Positions 24,161 through 32,971 of a DNA stretch of 64,000 nt are shown piece after piece; positions within the stretch are counted from its first letter, which is position 1; each line of letters begins with the position of its first letter. The position numbers and the translations under genes are program-made. Source of the DNA: Candidatus Poseidoniales archaeon (GTDB lineage: Archaea > Thermoplasmatota > Poseidoniia > Poseidoniales > Poseidoniaceae); contig QQSC01000016.1 in NCBI GenBank assembly GCA_003602475.1, forward strand, positions 83,675 through 147,674, read 5' to 3'. The notes beneath the pieces are model-generated. The model ran no database searches, had not been told where the DNA came from, and was given only the letters and a program-made list of their open reading frames with translations.

Positions 24161-24664
24161 ATGGCACGAAAGAAGACCGAGAAAAGCGGATTGAACAGTT
24201 TGCCCGGCGTGGGTGCAGCAACCGTCGCCAAATTGATGGCAGCGAACCTAAGCACCGTGGCCAAAGTGGCGAGTTCAACGCCTGGATCATTGAAGAAAGC
24301 AGGCCTCTCGCCAAGCATGGCCACCAAGGTGTTGAAAGCTGCTCAAGGCGTTGCCATCGTCGAAACGAACGTCAAAGCTGCAGGAGCATCGGTCAAAGAG
24401 AAAGCCAAGGCCGCTAAAGCCAAGGCCTCTGCTGCTGCAAAATCCACTGCCAGCGCCACCAAATCAAAAGCCAAGAAAGCCGCTAAAGCCACAAAAAACA
24501 CTTCAGAAGAAGTCGTCTCCAAAGGAAGAAAGGTCGCTGAACGGGTGGTTGAAAAAACCAAGGAACACGCATCCTTGAACAGGACCAATGTTGACAACAG
24601 AAAAGGCTCGACCATCAAGGTCCCGCGCTCGGTAAAGGACATGCCTTGGTTCAAGAAGGACTAA
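24161..24664 (+). CDS. helix-hairpin-helix DNA-binding protein with Lys/Ala-rich histone-H1-like tail
   Basis: Track ORF trimmed to ATG 24161, with AGGTGGA upstream. HhH pair LNSLPGVGAATVAKLMAANLSTVAKVA and KKAGLSPSMATKVLKAA, then KEKAKAAKAKASAAAKSTASATKSKAKKAAKATKN. Confidence 0.7.
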   Translation: MARKKTEKSGLNSLPGVGAATVAKLMAANLSTVAKVASSTPGSLKKAGLSPSMATKVLKAAQGVAIVETNVKAAGASVKEKAKAAKAKASAAAKSTASATKSKAKKAAKATKNTSEEVVSKGRKVAERVVEKTKEHASLNRTNVDNRKGSTIKVPRSVKDMPWFKKD

Positions 24665-24884
24665 CATCACCCATACCTTTGAGGACCGAGAGAACGAATG
24701 GCGTCTCATGCCGAGACGGAAGTACGGTCGTCTGAGAAAGACGGTTGAGCAACCGTCCAAGGACAATTGTTCCCGATGCCGCTCAGGTAAGCACTGCCCT
24801 ATCGACGGTCATGCCGGGCAAGAGGTCATGGCCAACAAGAGGTGGGCTGGGCCACAAACCATCCCAAAACGGAAAAAACGACGT

Positions 24885-26009
24885 TCATGAACGTTCCAGC
24901 CCAGCGCCGCTGGTCGAGGGCGTGAGCGGTTCAACCGAACCAGCGTCATCGTTGTTTTCATCCAGCCGGAGAGCTTGCGCCCGATGGTACACTTCTCGAA
25001 GGGTTTGGTCGGAGATTTCGAGGTACACCCTCGTCGTGGCGATGGTGGCGTGCCCCATCAGCCGCTGAATGGTGACCAAATCAGCGCCGCGCTCCAACAA
25101 TCCTGTGGCAAAATTGTGCCGTAGCACGTGAGGCGTCAATTTCCCCTTCGGGACCCCGGCTTCAACAGCCAGCATGTCCATCATTCGTTGAACACTCCTC
25201 GGGATGAGGGGTCGTCCTTGCTGATTCAGCAATGCAGGACCCGTTTCATCGTTGGCCATCGTTTGACGAATGGGGAGCCAAGCTTCGAACGCACGAATGG
25301 TCCGTGTTGTGAACAACACCAGCCGATCTTTGTCCCCTTTGCCGCCGAGGACCCGAGCCGAACCGTCCTCAAAATCGATGTCATCCATGTTCAATTCACA
25401 GACTTCGCTGACCCGTAGTCCGGTGTCCAGCATCAGGGTCACCAACAGGGCCATGGCGGGGTGTTCGCTGCAATGTGCGGCTTCGAGAACAGCGGTCAGT
25501 TCCCTTTTGGTCAAGGTTCTTGGAAGGCGTTTTCCGGTCCGCACTCGCTGAAGATGCTCGGGCCACATCAAGCCCAACCACTTGATGAAATGGCGAGCAG
25601 CGGCCAGTCGAGCGTTGAAGGTTGTCGGGCGGAGGCCAGCGATGTTGTGAGCCCAGAGGTCCAAACGGCCGTTCATGGGCTCCATTCTGGCGGCCATGGA
25701 TTCGATGCTCAGAGCGGACATGTCCTCGTCGTCAAGGGAAATTTCCCTCGGTAGTGTCGTTTCAATCAGCGGGGTCAATCCATAGAAGTAGGACTTTTGC
25801 GTGTTGATGGACTTGTTTTCCGCGTTGAGTTGACGCTCGTAGCAGGTTCTCCACGGGAGGTGGCGCAGATGAACCAAGCGAGCAGGCAAAGCAGGCCCTT
25901 CAGGTTCAACCAAGCGCATTTGGCTGGGTCTTCTGGCTTTTGGCTGAGGCTTTCGCGCGCGTTTCTCGTTCATTGGCGTCACCGCCCCCCCGCTGTTGCG
26001 GGTGTGCAT
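24885..26009 (-). CDS. xerA: tyrosine recombinase, XerA/XerC/XerD-like
   Basis: Catalytic-domain motifs LMLDTGLRVSEVCEL, HVLRHNFATGLLERGADLVTIQRLMGHATIATTRVY (R..HxxR..Y). The basic N-terminal extension makes the start uncertain. Confidence 0.85.
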   Translation of the reverse strand: MHTRNSGGAVTPMNEKRARKPQPKARRPSQMRLVEPEGPALPARLVHLRHLPWRTCYERQLNAENKSINTQKSYFYGLTPLIETTLPREISLDDEDMSALSIESMAARMEPMNGRLDLWAHNIAGLRPTTFNARLAAARHFIKWLGLMWPEHLQRVRTGKRLPRTLTKRELTAVLEAAHCSEHPAMALLVTLMLDTGLRVSEVCELNMDDIDFEDGSARVLGGKGDKDRLVLFTTRTIRAFEAWLPIRQTMANDETGPALLNQQGRPLIPRSVQRMMDMLAVEAGVPKGKLTPHVLRHNFATGLLERGADLVTIQRLMGHATIATTRVYLEISDQTLREVYHRAQALRLDENNDDAGSVEPLTPSTSGAGLERS

Positions 26010-26072
26010 CCCGTGTCCCGAAGGACAGTTTGCACTCGGCTCCCTGCTTAATCAAACCGTCGGTAGGTGATG

Positions 26073-26110
26073 AAAAAAAGGCTCATCCCGGGCCGTAACC
26101 CCGGATGAGC
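26073..26110 (-). terminator. hairpin + T7 terminator downstream of the MC1 gene
   Basis: On the minus strand: GCTCATCCGGGG-TTACGG-CCCGGGATGAGC (one mismatch) followed directly by TTTTTTT. It lies about 50 nt after the MC1 stop. Confidence 0.6.
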
Positions 26111-26161
26111 TGTTGTACAACTGGATCAGTTGGAGAAAGCCATCGGCTTAACAACGAGTCC

Positions 26162-26428
26162 TCAAAGGTGCTCGATGCCTTGCTTCTTGACGTTGGCTTT
26201 CTTGATCTTGTCTGGGAGCCATGCTGGTCCGTTTTCTGGCTTGTCAACCATCGAGATGCTGCCCGTGAACACGTGGACACGCTTGGTGCCGCGCTCACGA
26301 AGGCGGATGGTCTCGTGTCCGCGGGTTGCTGCCTTCAAGGCTGCACCACGGGGTTGCTTGCTCGCAAAAACCTGGCTCGTATCTTTTCCGTTCTCCATGA
26401 GAACGAAGTATTTCTTTCCGTCTGACAT
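26162..26428 (-). CDS. non-histone chromosomal protein MC1
   Basis: MSDGKKYFVLMENGKD...KQPRGAALKAATRG...IRLRERGTKRVHVF...PAWLPDKI closely resembles Methanosarcina MC1 as I remember it (RLRERGTKKVHVF). I chose ATG 26428 because GGAGG lies 8 nt upstream. The track start 26443 falls inside that SD. Confidence 0.85.
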   Translation of the reverse strand: MSDGKKYFVLMENGKDTSQVFASKQPRGAALKAATRGHETIRLRERGTKRVHVFTGSISMVDKPENGPAWLPDKIKKANVKKQGIEHL

Positions 26429-26436
26429 TTGGATTT

Positions 26437-26480
26437 CCTCCATTTGCTCGTTTGTACAGTGGACATATAATACTTTCTCC
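26437..26480 (-). promoter_or_regulatory. putative MC1 promoter (BRE/TATA) and Shine-Dalgarno
   Basis: Minus strand reads GGAGAAAGTATTATATGTCC. TATTATAT is centred about 40 nt upstream of the ATG, and GGAGG is at 26441-26437. Confidence 0.45.
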
Positions 26481-26557
26481 GAAAAAGAGGGTTACTGCGC
26501 CCCATATGCGACCCAGTACCCCATTCCAAGACCAAGAATATGCAAAAACGGACGGCG

Positions 26558-26812
26558 TCAAGCCTGCTCTTCGACATCTGCCCCAGCGAGAGTTTTGGTG
26601 TTTCGAACCCCTTTGATGATCCTGATTTCGTTCACCACGGCTTTTGCGATAAAACCCAAGTCCTCGCCTTCCAATTTGGCAATGAGGTCGTGGTCCCCAA
26701 ACAGAACCGTAGCGTCAGTAACACATGACAAGGCCAACAAGGCTTGATGGACACGGCGCTCAGTCCCCGGATCCACATCGATCAACACATACCCTATCGC
26801 CATGATACTCAA
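26558..26812 (-). CDS. stand-alone Lrp/AsnC ligand-binding (RAM) domain protein
   Basis: 84 aa. IGYVLIDVDPGTERRVHQALLALSCVTDATVLFGDHDLIAKLEGED...IKGVRNTKTL fits the AsnC_trans_reg/RAM fold pattern. No HTH. Confidence 0.7.
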   Translation of the reverse strand: MSIMAIGYVLIDVDPGTERRVHQALLALSCVTDATVLFGDHDLIAKLEGEDLGFIAKAVVNEIRIIKGVRNTKTLAGADVEEQA

Positions 26813-26836
26813 CTAGCGAGGGGCGTTGAACGGCCT

Positions 26837-29800
26837 TCAAGGTTCGGTTCGGTTGATTCGTTCCATCACGCTCTGCCGATGCTCTTGGATGTACATCACC
26901 CATTGGTCCTCCGTCCATCCATCGGGGAGAGGCCCGTCGAGCCAACGAAGATATTGTTCCGCAGTCCACCCTTCAGGTATGCTCAAGGGGGACGCATCGT
27001 TTTCCAAAGGCTGCTCCTCGCTCTCTTCATCTTCGGTCACCAACCCATCGCCTTGAGAGTTCACGGCTTCTTCCTCAGGGTCATCTGGAGCATCGAAGAA
27101 AGCGTCCATTCCCGGGTCAGTGGACATCCAATTGACCTCTTCGAGGTTGCTCGAGCCTCTGCGCCTCAACAGTACCGTACCAGCCACAAGGAGCGCAGCG
27201 AAGAGGGCGATGATTCCGGCACCGAGGATGCCCTTGCTGCTGAACGTGGACGCTGCTTCACCTGGAAGAGCCGGGACATCGGGATTGTTGTCGCAATCGG
27301 TGCAGGTAGGAGCAGGGCCAATGGCCACCGTCCTCTGGAGATTGAACGTGTTGGAGCGTTCATCCAAACATGTGACGTTGAGGGTGAGGGTTTCGTTGGC
27401 AACGGAGCGAGGCAAAGGATACATCCAATTCATGGTGGTGTTAAACGTCGTTGCTGTACCTGCGGTTTTGGAGGATTGCATGGCGCTCTCTCCGCTCTGT
27501 GTTCGAATCGCTAAGGAGCAAACCACGTTGTTCAAACCGTCCCGGTCAGAGACATTGAGGTCCATGTTCAGGTCCGTAGTTGGGATGGTGCCGTTAACGA
27601 CCAGGGGTCCAAGAATGGTTGGTGCATGCTGAAATTGCAGGGTGATGCTCGAGGTGCTTGACAAGCCATCGACGTCGCGGACATTGACCAACACTTGCCC
27701 ACTTCCGTCAACAAAGGACGGGTCAAGACGCAATCGAAACGTGGTCCATTCTACGGTAGACCCGTTCAGCCTGTTGGGTGTTGCGCAAGGTTCAGGCGCA
27801 TCATCACCCCAAACGGGATCGTCCGTGATCGGCGCCGTCACCGCCCAGCCTTCTTGCACGAGTTGGGCGGTGATTCGTTCGACTGGGCGCTCGCTTGAAA
27901 CGCCAACAAGAAGGGTTCCAATTTCACCAAAGGTCATGCTCTCCAAACGACTCAGATCGTTGCACGGGATGGATGCCACAATTTCGGGAGGGGTCAACAG
28001 GAACGGCAACCGTACCTCAGCGTTCGCTTCAACACCATTGGGGCCGTTGCCCACGACCTCCACCACGACATCACCGGCTTCCAATCCTGTGGTCACTTGA
28101 GAGAGGAGGAGACGGTGGGAGGCATTGCTGGCGGGGATGTCGATGGGTGTCTGAGAGGGGGCCCCTCCCGGCCATTGAACATACGCGTCTCCGACAAACG
28201 CAGGGTTTGGGTCGTCGACATCCGTTACGCTGGTGACGATGTATTCCATCCCGTTACCAACCAATCGGTCCAGCGTCTCGCCCTCTCCGTTTTCTGCGCT
28301 GACCGTCAAGGTTGGCGCCACGTCAAGCATTCTGAATTGGCGTTGAAGAAGCAACGAACCTTCGACGGTCCTCACCTCAATGTCCAGAGGTTCAAGCGAA
28401 CTTCCCGCACCCAACACGATGGTTGATTCAAAGCAGAAGAGCCCGGGTCTTTCCTCTGAAACGGTGACGGTTGGTGTTGCCTGTCCGCGTTCAGTTAGGA
28501 ACACCGGCGCTGGTTCGGTTGGATGCCGGTCTTCATCGGCAACGCAAGCTCGCAGCGTTTGGTTCAAATGCCGAGGCATGGGGGTGCTGGGTTGGGGATT
28601 TAGCATGGAATCCCCTGTCCAGGCAGGGTCATCGACATCCGAAACATGTGGACCGTACCATCTTGCTGGCGAATCCACCACCAGCGAGGCATTGATGGCC
28701 TGCGACGTCACGTTGAACCCCAGGTTATCGGTTGCCGTGGCGCGGATAACGAGCGTACCCAGCGGCGCATCAACGGGAATCACCAGTGCGCTCTCCCACG
28801 TATCGGGGTTGATTTGGCCCAACGGCAAGGCGTTCCAATGGCTGTTGTTTGATGCGTTGTTTTCATCGGCTATGCGCCATTCAAGCAGAACCGACGTCAC
28901 GTTACCGTCGTCAGACGCCGTGGCAGAGCAAATGGTGTACGTTCCTCGCGTGACGCTGCTGGCACGGCAGGAAGTGCTGCTGATGGAAGGCGGGTCGTTG
29001 ACTTGGGTTTGGAAGGAGAGCAGGTTGTTGTGGAACAGACGTTCGGGCGTCGAATTGGTGTACCTCAGTCTCAGGTCCAACAGGCCTGAAGAAGGGGCCA
29101 CCATGGTGAGGTTGATCACCGTTCGGCTGCCCCATTCGTCTCCAGCAGGTAGGGTGAGCGACGTGCTGTTCAAGAGTTCACTGCCGACCAGGGTCTCAAG
29201 ACGCAACGTGCCGTTGGAAGACGACATGCCCCGGTTTTCGAGCAGAACCTGCACAACAGCGTCTTCTCCTCTGTGAACCGGCTGTTGAACATGCACATCG
29301 ATCAAACGAACGTCGTGATAGATGTCAGCGTAAGGGCTCATTTTGGGGTCTCCGACCACCACGCCCATCCAACCGGATTGCAGGTTTGCTGCAGCATGGC
29401 TTTCGGCCAAGTTGTACCCAGAGGCATAGGTCGGCAGCAACACGTCGGGGCGGCCGACCGCGGTCAGGTAAGGTTCGTAGACGTAACCCTTCACTCCAGA
29501 TACACCATCCTCGAGCAGGTCGGCGATGAGGGATTGGCCGTATGTTGTGCCCCAATTGAACGACCGCCCCCCGGTTGAAACTGCGGTTTCACCAATCGAC
29601 CCGTTGACCCATGACATGTGAGGGCGGATGGGGCGCAACGACATCGTATCGAGGAACAGCGAACCGCCTGTTGAGGTAGGGACGATGTCGAGTGAAGCTG
29701 TGATTCGGAAAGCTGTGGCCCGAACGTCAGGGCGGAACCGCAGAACTTCCGTTGACCACGATGGCCCAAACGACCGTTCAGTTGTGCTGTTCACCGAAAC

Positions 29801-32182
29801 GATCTGCCCTTGAGAATCCAGTGCTTCGACCTCAACAGAAAAGGAACCAAACACATCACCACTGCGCTGACCATAGGCAGAGAGAAGCCAAGCGTGTTCG
29901 GTGTAATTTTGAGAAGCACCGCTGAAGTCGTACACGGTGGTGACGGTAGCGACGTCGTTGCCGTGACCGGAGAAAGCGGTGCAATTGTCAATGATTTCGC
30001 GGCGCAACGTTGTGATGTCATGATCGTCAAGAGGGGCGTCCCATACGCGCAGGTTGTCGATTTTCCCGTGGAAATACGCGTTGCCCGCTCGATTAACACC
30101 GAGCTTCAACCTGTCGATGGTCAATGTTTGGTTGCTTGAAAGATTGAGCGTGTTGACGAGGACACCGTCCATGTATTGCTTCACAGTACCGTTGTTGAAG
30201 GTGGAGACGAGGTGCGACCACCGTTGAGGTTCAACGTCACCAAAGACATGGCTTTGGTTGGTGTGGAAACGCCATTGTTGATTGGACACCATGTGTTGGA
30301 ACGAGCCGCTTGAACCAGCGGCGTTGTCCACAGCAAAGGTGGATGCGTAATTCGACATGTTGCTCACGTTGGCCAGCACCCATTGGCTAACGGAGAATGA
30401 GCCGGTCCAATCGTTAACGTCCACCGAGACAACATCATCGATTCCGTCGAATTGCAGACACCCACCGTCAACACAAGAGACCCAACTGCCGTTGCCGACG
30501 CCGTCAAAGTCTGCGTTGCCAGCGCTGTCTTCGGCCGACGTGCCACTGCCGTCTTCGAACATCCATTCGTGCACAAGATCTGCGGCCCGAGGGGTCGGTC
30601 CCCCGCTGACAAAAAAGGCCGACGTCGGTACAACGGCTTTGCTGGTGTTGGGGCCTTCCCATGAAAAAATCAGGCCGTGCGGTCCTCCACCCTGGAAGAA
30701 TTCAACTCGAAAATCGTGAAGCCCAGCCGTTAGATTGACCCAGCCAGAACCTTCGCGCATCCCGTGCATGCCGTAGTTCTGTACCACACTCTCCCCGTTG
30801 ATCCAAAGTTCTGAGCCGTCGTCGGAGTTGATGTAAAACGTCCAGTTCCCGTCGTGAGGGACATCAACAAATCCACTGAAACGGGCACCCCAGTGCTGTT
30901 TGAACCGATCATCCAGGCCCGGATAGGCGTTGTTGGATACGCTGTGATCAAGTTGGGACTCCACACGGACATGGTCGGGCGTGCGATCGATCAGCGTCGG
31001 CATGCTGCCGCTGTTGAATGAGACGCCGTCGTTGTCGAAGTACTCTGCGTAGACTCCGTTCATTGTTCGCCCTGCTTCTTGGTCACAAGCGGTGCTCAAG
31101 GCAAGTTCCATGGCATGGTTTCCGTTTCGCTTTGTGGCGCTCTGATGGGCCCATGCAATGGTGTCTCCACCGGAAACGGTTGGCATGGTGCTGTTCCAGT
31201 ATCGGGCCCCGCTCGACCAAGCCGTGTCGGCCGTGTCAAAGCCGGCGTTGGGAAGCAGGTTGCTGTTCCAATTTCCATCGTTGCTTCCCCAAGAGGCGTA
31301 CCCCATCAGATTGTCCAATCCTGTTAGAAACACCGTTTCTTCATCGAGCATCACGGGTAGGTTCATCGAACCGTTGAGTGTGGTGTTGGCATCGTACAAG
31401 GCATCGTTCCAAAATTTATACCCTGAACTGTTGCGATTGGTGGCCACATCGAGCACAAAATCCCCCCGTTGTCCAAGGCTTTGATTTGCCCGTTCGATCA
31501 GTTCCAACGCAGTTTCCACAGTGTACCCCGTCAGTCGGGTGACCAGGAAGAACCCGTATTTGCTCCGTGTAAACGGTTCCATGGCTTTTCCTGCCAGCGG
31601 GCCATAGGCATGGTCAAACCAGTAATCGTTGCCAATGGAACTGTTGTATGAGCCGCCAAGCAGGGACAACTCTTGATCGAAACTTGCTTTGTCGTTTCCT
31701 CCGCTGATTCTCAACGGCACACCTTTTGTGGTCACAAGGAAATTGATGGAGTTGGAGGAACTTCGGTTTTGCAGCATTTCAAGAAAAGGTGTGGCAAAGT
31801 ACGTGTCGAATTGATTGCGGTTGATCGTTTCTGAGTCGGGTGTCCCAGAAGCGTTGAACACGAAGACGCGCTCAATTGGTATGTTTCGTGCAGCGACGAA
31901 GGCCCACCCAATGGTTCGCGATTCTTCTGAAGCGTTGTTGATGACCACGCCGACGTCGGTGTAGTCGATGGCGTCGAGGTATGCAAACCCCTCAGGTTTG
32001 GCCTCACCCCACGCCGATGTGCTGTTCCAGGGGTGGGATTCCTCACCGACCATGAACCCCTTGAACATCGCCTCGTTTCTGTCTTCCAAAAGCCCGACTG
32101 TTTCGCTCTCGAACGGCGAGAGGGGTACTGCGGCAAGAACAAGAAGGACAAGGAGCGTTGTGCTCATCGCCTTCTTGGTCAT
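26837..32182 (-). CDS. giant (1781 aa) type-I anchored surface protein: TIGR03790-like + PA14 + LamG + Ig-like repeats, TM, acidic cytoplasmic tail
   Basis: Signal peptide MTKKAMSTTLLVLLVLAAVPL. C-terminal TM ILGAGIIALFAALLVAGTVLL followed by RRR and a 109-aa tail. Domain motifs are given in the sub-features. Confidence 0.85.
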   Translation of the reverse strand: MTKKAMSTTLLVLLVLAAVPLSPFESETVGLLEDRNEAMFKGFMVGEESHPWNSTSAWGEAKPEGFAYLDAIDYTDVGVVINNASEESRTIGWAFVAARNIPIERVFVFNASGTPDSETINRNQFDTYFATPFLEMLQNRSSSNSINFLVTTKGVPLRISGGNDKASFDQELSLLGGSYNSSIGNDYWFDHAYGPLAGKAMEPFTRSKYGFFLVTRLTGYTVETALELIERANQSLGQRGDFVLDVATNRNSSGYKFWNDALYDANTTLNGSMNLPVMLDEETVFLTGLDNLMGYASWGSNDGNWNSNLLPNAGFDTADTAWSSGARYWNSTMPTVSGGDTIAWAHQSATKRNGNHAMELALSTACDQEAGRTMNGVYAEYFDNDGVSFNSGSMPTLIDRTPDHVRVESQLDHSVSNNAYPGLDDRFKQHWGARFSGFVDVPHDGNWTFYINSDDGSELWINGESVVQNYGMHGMREGSGWVNLTAGLHDFRVEFFQGGGPHGLIFSWEGPNTSKAVVPTSAFFVSGGPTPRAADLVHEWMFEDGSGTSAEDSAGNADFDGVGNGSWVSCVDGGCLQFDGIDDVVSVDVNDWTGSFSVSQWVLANVSNMSNYASTFAVDNAAGSSGSFQHMVSNQQWRFHTNQSHVFGDVEPQRWSHLVSTFNNGTVKQYMDGVLVNTLNLSSNQTLTIDRLKLGVNRAGNAYFHGKIDNLRVWDAPLDDHDITTLRREIIDNCTAFSGHGNDVATVTTVYDFSGASQNYTEHAWLLSAYGQRSGDVFGSFSVEVEALDSQGQIVSVNSTTERSFGPSWSTEVLRFRPDVRATAFRITASLDIVPTSTGGSLFLDTMSLRPIRPHMSWVNGSIGETAVSTGGRSFNWGTTYGQSLIADLLEDGVSGVKGYVYEPYLTAVGRPDVLLPTYASGYNLAESHAAANLQSGWMGVVVGDPKMSPYADIYHDVRLIDVHVQQPVHRGEDAVVQVLLENRGMSSSNGTLRLETLVGSELLNSTSLTLPAGDEWGSRTVINLTMVAPSSGLLDLRLRYTNSTPERLFHNNLLSFQTQVNDPPSISSTSCRASSVTRGTYTICSATASDDGNVTSVLLEWRIADENNASNNSHWNALPLGQINPDTWESALVIPVDAPLGTLVIRATATDNLGFNVTSQAINASLVVDSPARWYGPHVSDVDDPAWTGDSMLNPQPSTPMPRHLNQTLRACVADEDRHPTEPAPVFLTERGQATPTVTVSEERPGLFCFESTIVLGAGSSLEPLDIEVRTVEGSLLLQRQFRMLDVAPTLTVSAENGEGETLDRLVGNGMEYIVTSVTDVDDPNPAFVGDAYVQWPGGAPSQTPIDIPASNASHRLLLSQVTTGLEAGDVVVEVVGNGPNGVEANAEVRLPFLLTPPEIVASIPCNDLSRLESMTFGEIGTLLVGVSSERPVERITAQLVQEGWAVTAPITDDPVWGDDAPEPCATPNRLNGSTVEWTTFRLRLDPSFVDGSGQVLVNVRDVDGLSSTSSITLQFQHAPTILGPLVVNGTIPTTDLNMDLNVSDRDGLNNVVCSLAIRTQSGESAMQSSKTAGTATTFNTTMNWMYPLPRSVANETLTLNVTCLDERSNTFNLQRTVAIGPAPTCTDCDNNPDVPALPGEAASTFSSKGILGAGIIALFAALLVAGTVLLRRRGSSNLEEVNWMSTDPGMDAFFDAPDDPEEEAVNSQGDGLVTEDEESEEQPLENDASPLSIPEGWTAEQYLRWLDGPLPDGWTEDQWVMYIQEHRQSVMERINRTEP
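30032..30580 (-). other. LamG / concanavalin-A-like lectin domain of giant protein 1
   Basis: LVHEWMFEDGSGTSAEDSAGN...CLQFDGIDDVVSV...FSVSQWV...WSHLVSTFNNGTVKQYMDGVLV...FHGKIDNLRVWDAPL (Laminin_G_3-like). Confidence 0.65.
30647..31063 (-). other. PA14 domain of giant protein 1
   Basis: NGVYAEYFDN...WGARFSGFVDVPHDGNWTFYINSDDGSELWINGESVV...GWVNLTAGLHDFRVEFFQGGGPHGLIFSWEGP is a classic PA14 pattern. Confidence 0.75.
31253..31981 (-). other. TIGR03790-like N-terminal domain of giant protein 1
   Basis: VGVVINNASEESRTIGWAFVAARNIPIERVFVF, INFLVTTKGVPLRISG, ASFDQELSLL and FFLVTRLTGYTVETALELIERA match my recollection of the TIGR03790 family pattern. Confidence 0.45.
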
Positions 32183-32329
32183 GCTGCAAGCAGACTGCGC
32201 CTTGATTTAGCGGTGTCGTCTCTCGGTGAGATGAACCTCACGACTCTGCCGGTTGTTGAACGCTGTAAATTCGGCGAACTTCATCCCTTGGTGGGAGAGA
32301 GAATATGTAGGGTGGCCCCCTCTGCGAAC

Positions 32330-32971
32330 ATGATGCCGGAACTTTATATGGCTCGTACATGCAAGTGGGGCGTCTTGCGTGTGATGGGCGGTGACCTTTG
32401 GGACCACAACGCTGACGTCCTCGTGACACCAGCCAACAACCGCCTTTCTGGCCGAGAAGGAATCGACGCCTCCGTTCACGCCAAAGCCGGTAAGGAGCTC
32501 ACGCAGGTGACTCGGAACATCTGTCTGGAAATGCGCAAAATCAACGCACCACCCTGTGCTGTGACGAACAACGTCGTCACCGAGCCCTTCGCTCTGGAAT
32601 CCAACTACAAGAGGGTGATTCATGCAGTGGGTCCCGATTGCCGTCGTCCCAATCAAGACGAGACGCGACGGGAATTGCTCACACAGACCTACACCAATCT
32701 GTTTCAAACCATTGAAGATTTGGGCGATGTCACGTCCATTGTGTCTCCTCCAATCTCCATGGGCGTTTTTGCCTACCCCCATCGCGAGGGCGCTCGCCTC
32801 ACTCTTCAGGTCCTTCTGGAGATGCTCAACGGCGAAAAGGATCACGGCATCAAATCCTACACCATCGTCGTGAAGGAGCGCAATTTCATCAACAACATGC
32901 GCACGGTGTACAGGGAAGGCGAAGACCAGTTCCCTGGCATGGACACCACCATGGAAGAATCAGTCCGCTAA
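32330..32971 (+). CDS. macro-domain protein (ADP-ribose binding/hydrolase family)
   Basis: Track ORF 32033..32971 trimmed. GGDLWDHNADVLVTPANNRLSGREGIDASVHAKAG...VIHAVGP...SIVSPPISMGVFAYP is the macro-domain pattern. ATG 32330 sits about 25 nt downstream of GAATATGT, which could be a leaderless promoter. Start uncertain (32330/32348). Confidence 0.75.
   Translation: MMPELYMARTCKWGVLRVMGGDLWDHNADVLVTPANNRLSGREGIDASVHAKAGKELTQVTRNICLEMRKINAPPCAVTNNVVTEPFALESNYKRVIHAVGPDCRRPNQDETRRELLTQTYTNLFQTIEDLGDVTSIVSPPISMGVFAYPHREGARLTLQVLLEMLNGEKDHGIKSYTIVVKERNFINNMRTVYREGEDQFPGMDTTMEESVR

Noticed and set aside
24885-26009. Tyrosine recombinase as a marker of an integrated mobile element
   Set aside because: There is no adjacent tRNA (the only tRNA is 15 kb away). 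I found no flanking direct repeats, and no phage, plasmid or transposase genes nearby. The neighbours are housekeeping chromatin genes, so a XerA-type chromosomal recombinase is more likely.
26066-26125. Possible C/D-box sRNA (GTGATGA at ~26067, GGATGAG, CTG...)
   Set aside because: No convincing D box (CTGA) or terminal-stem arrangement. The hairpin followed by T7 on the minus strand, about 50 nt after the MC1 stop, is better explained as a terminator.
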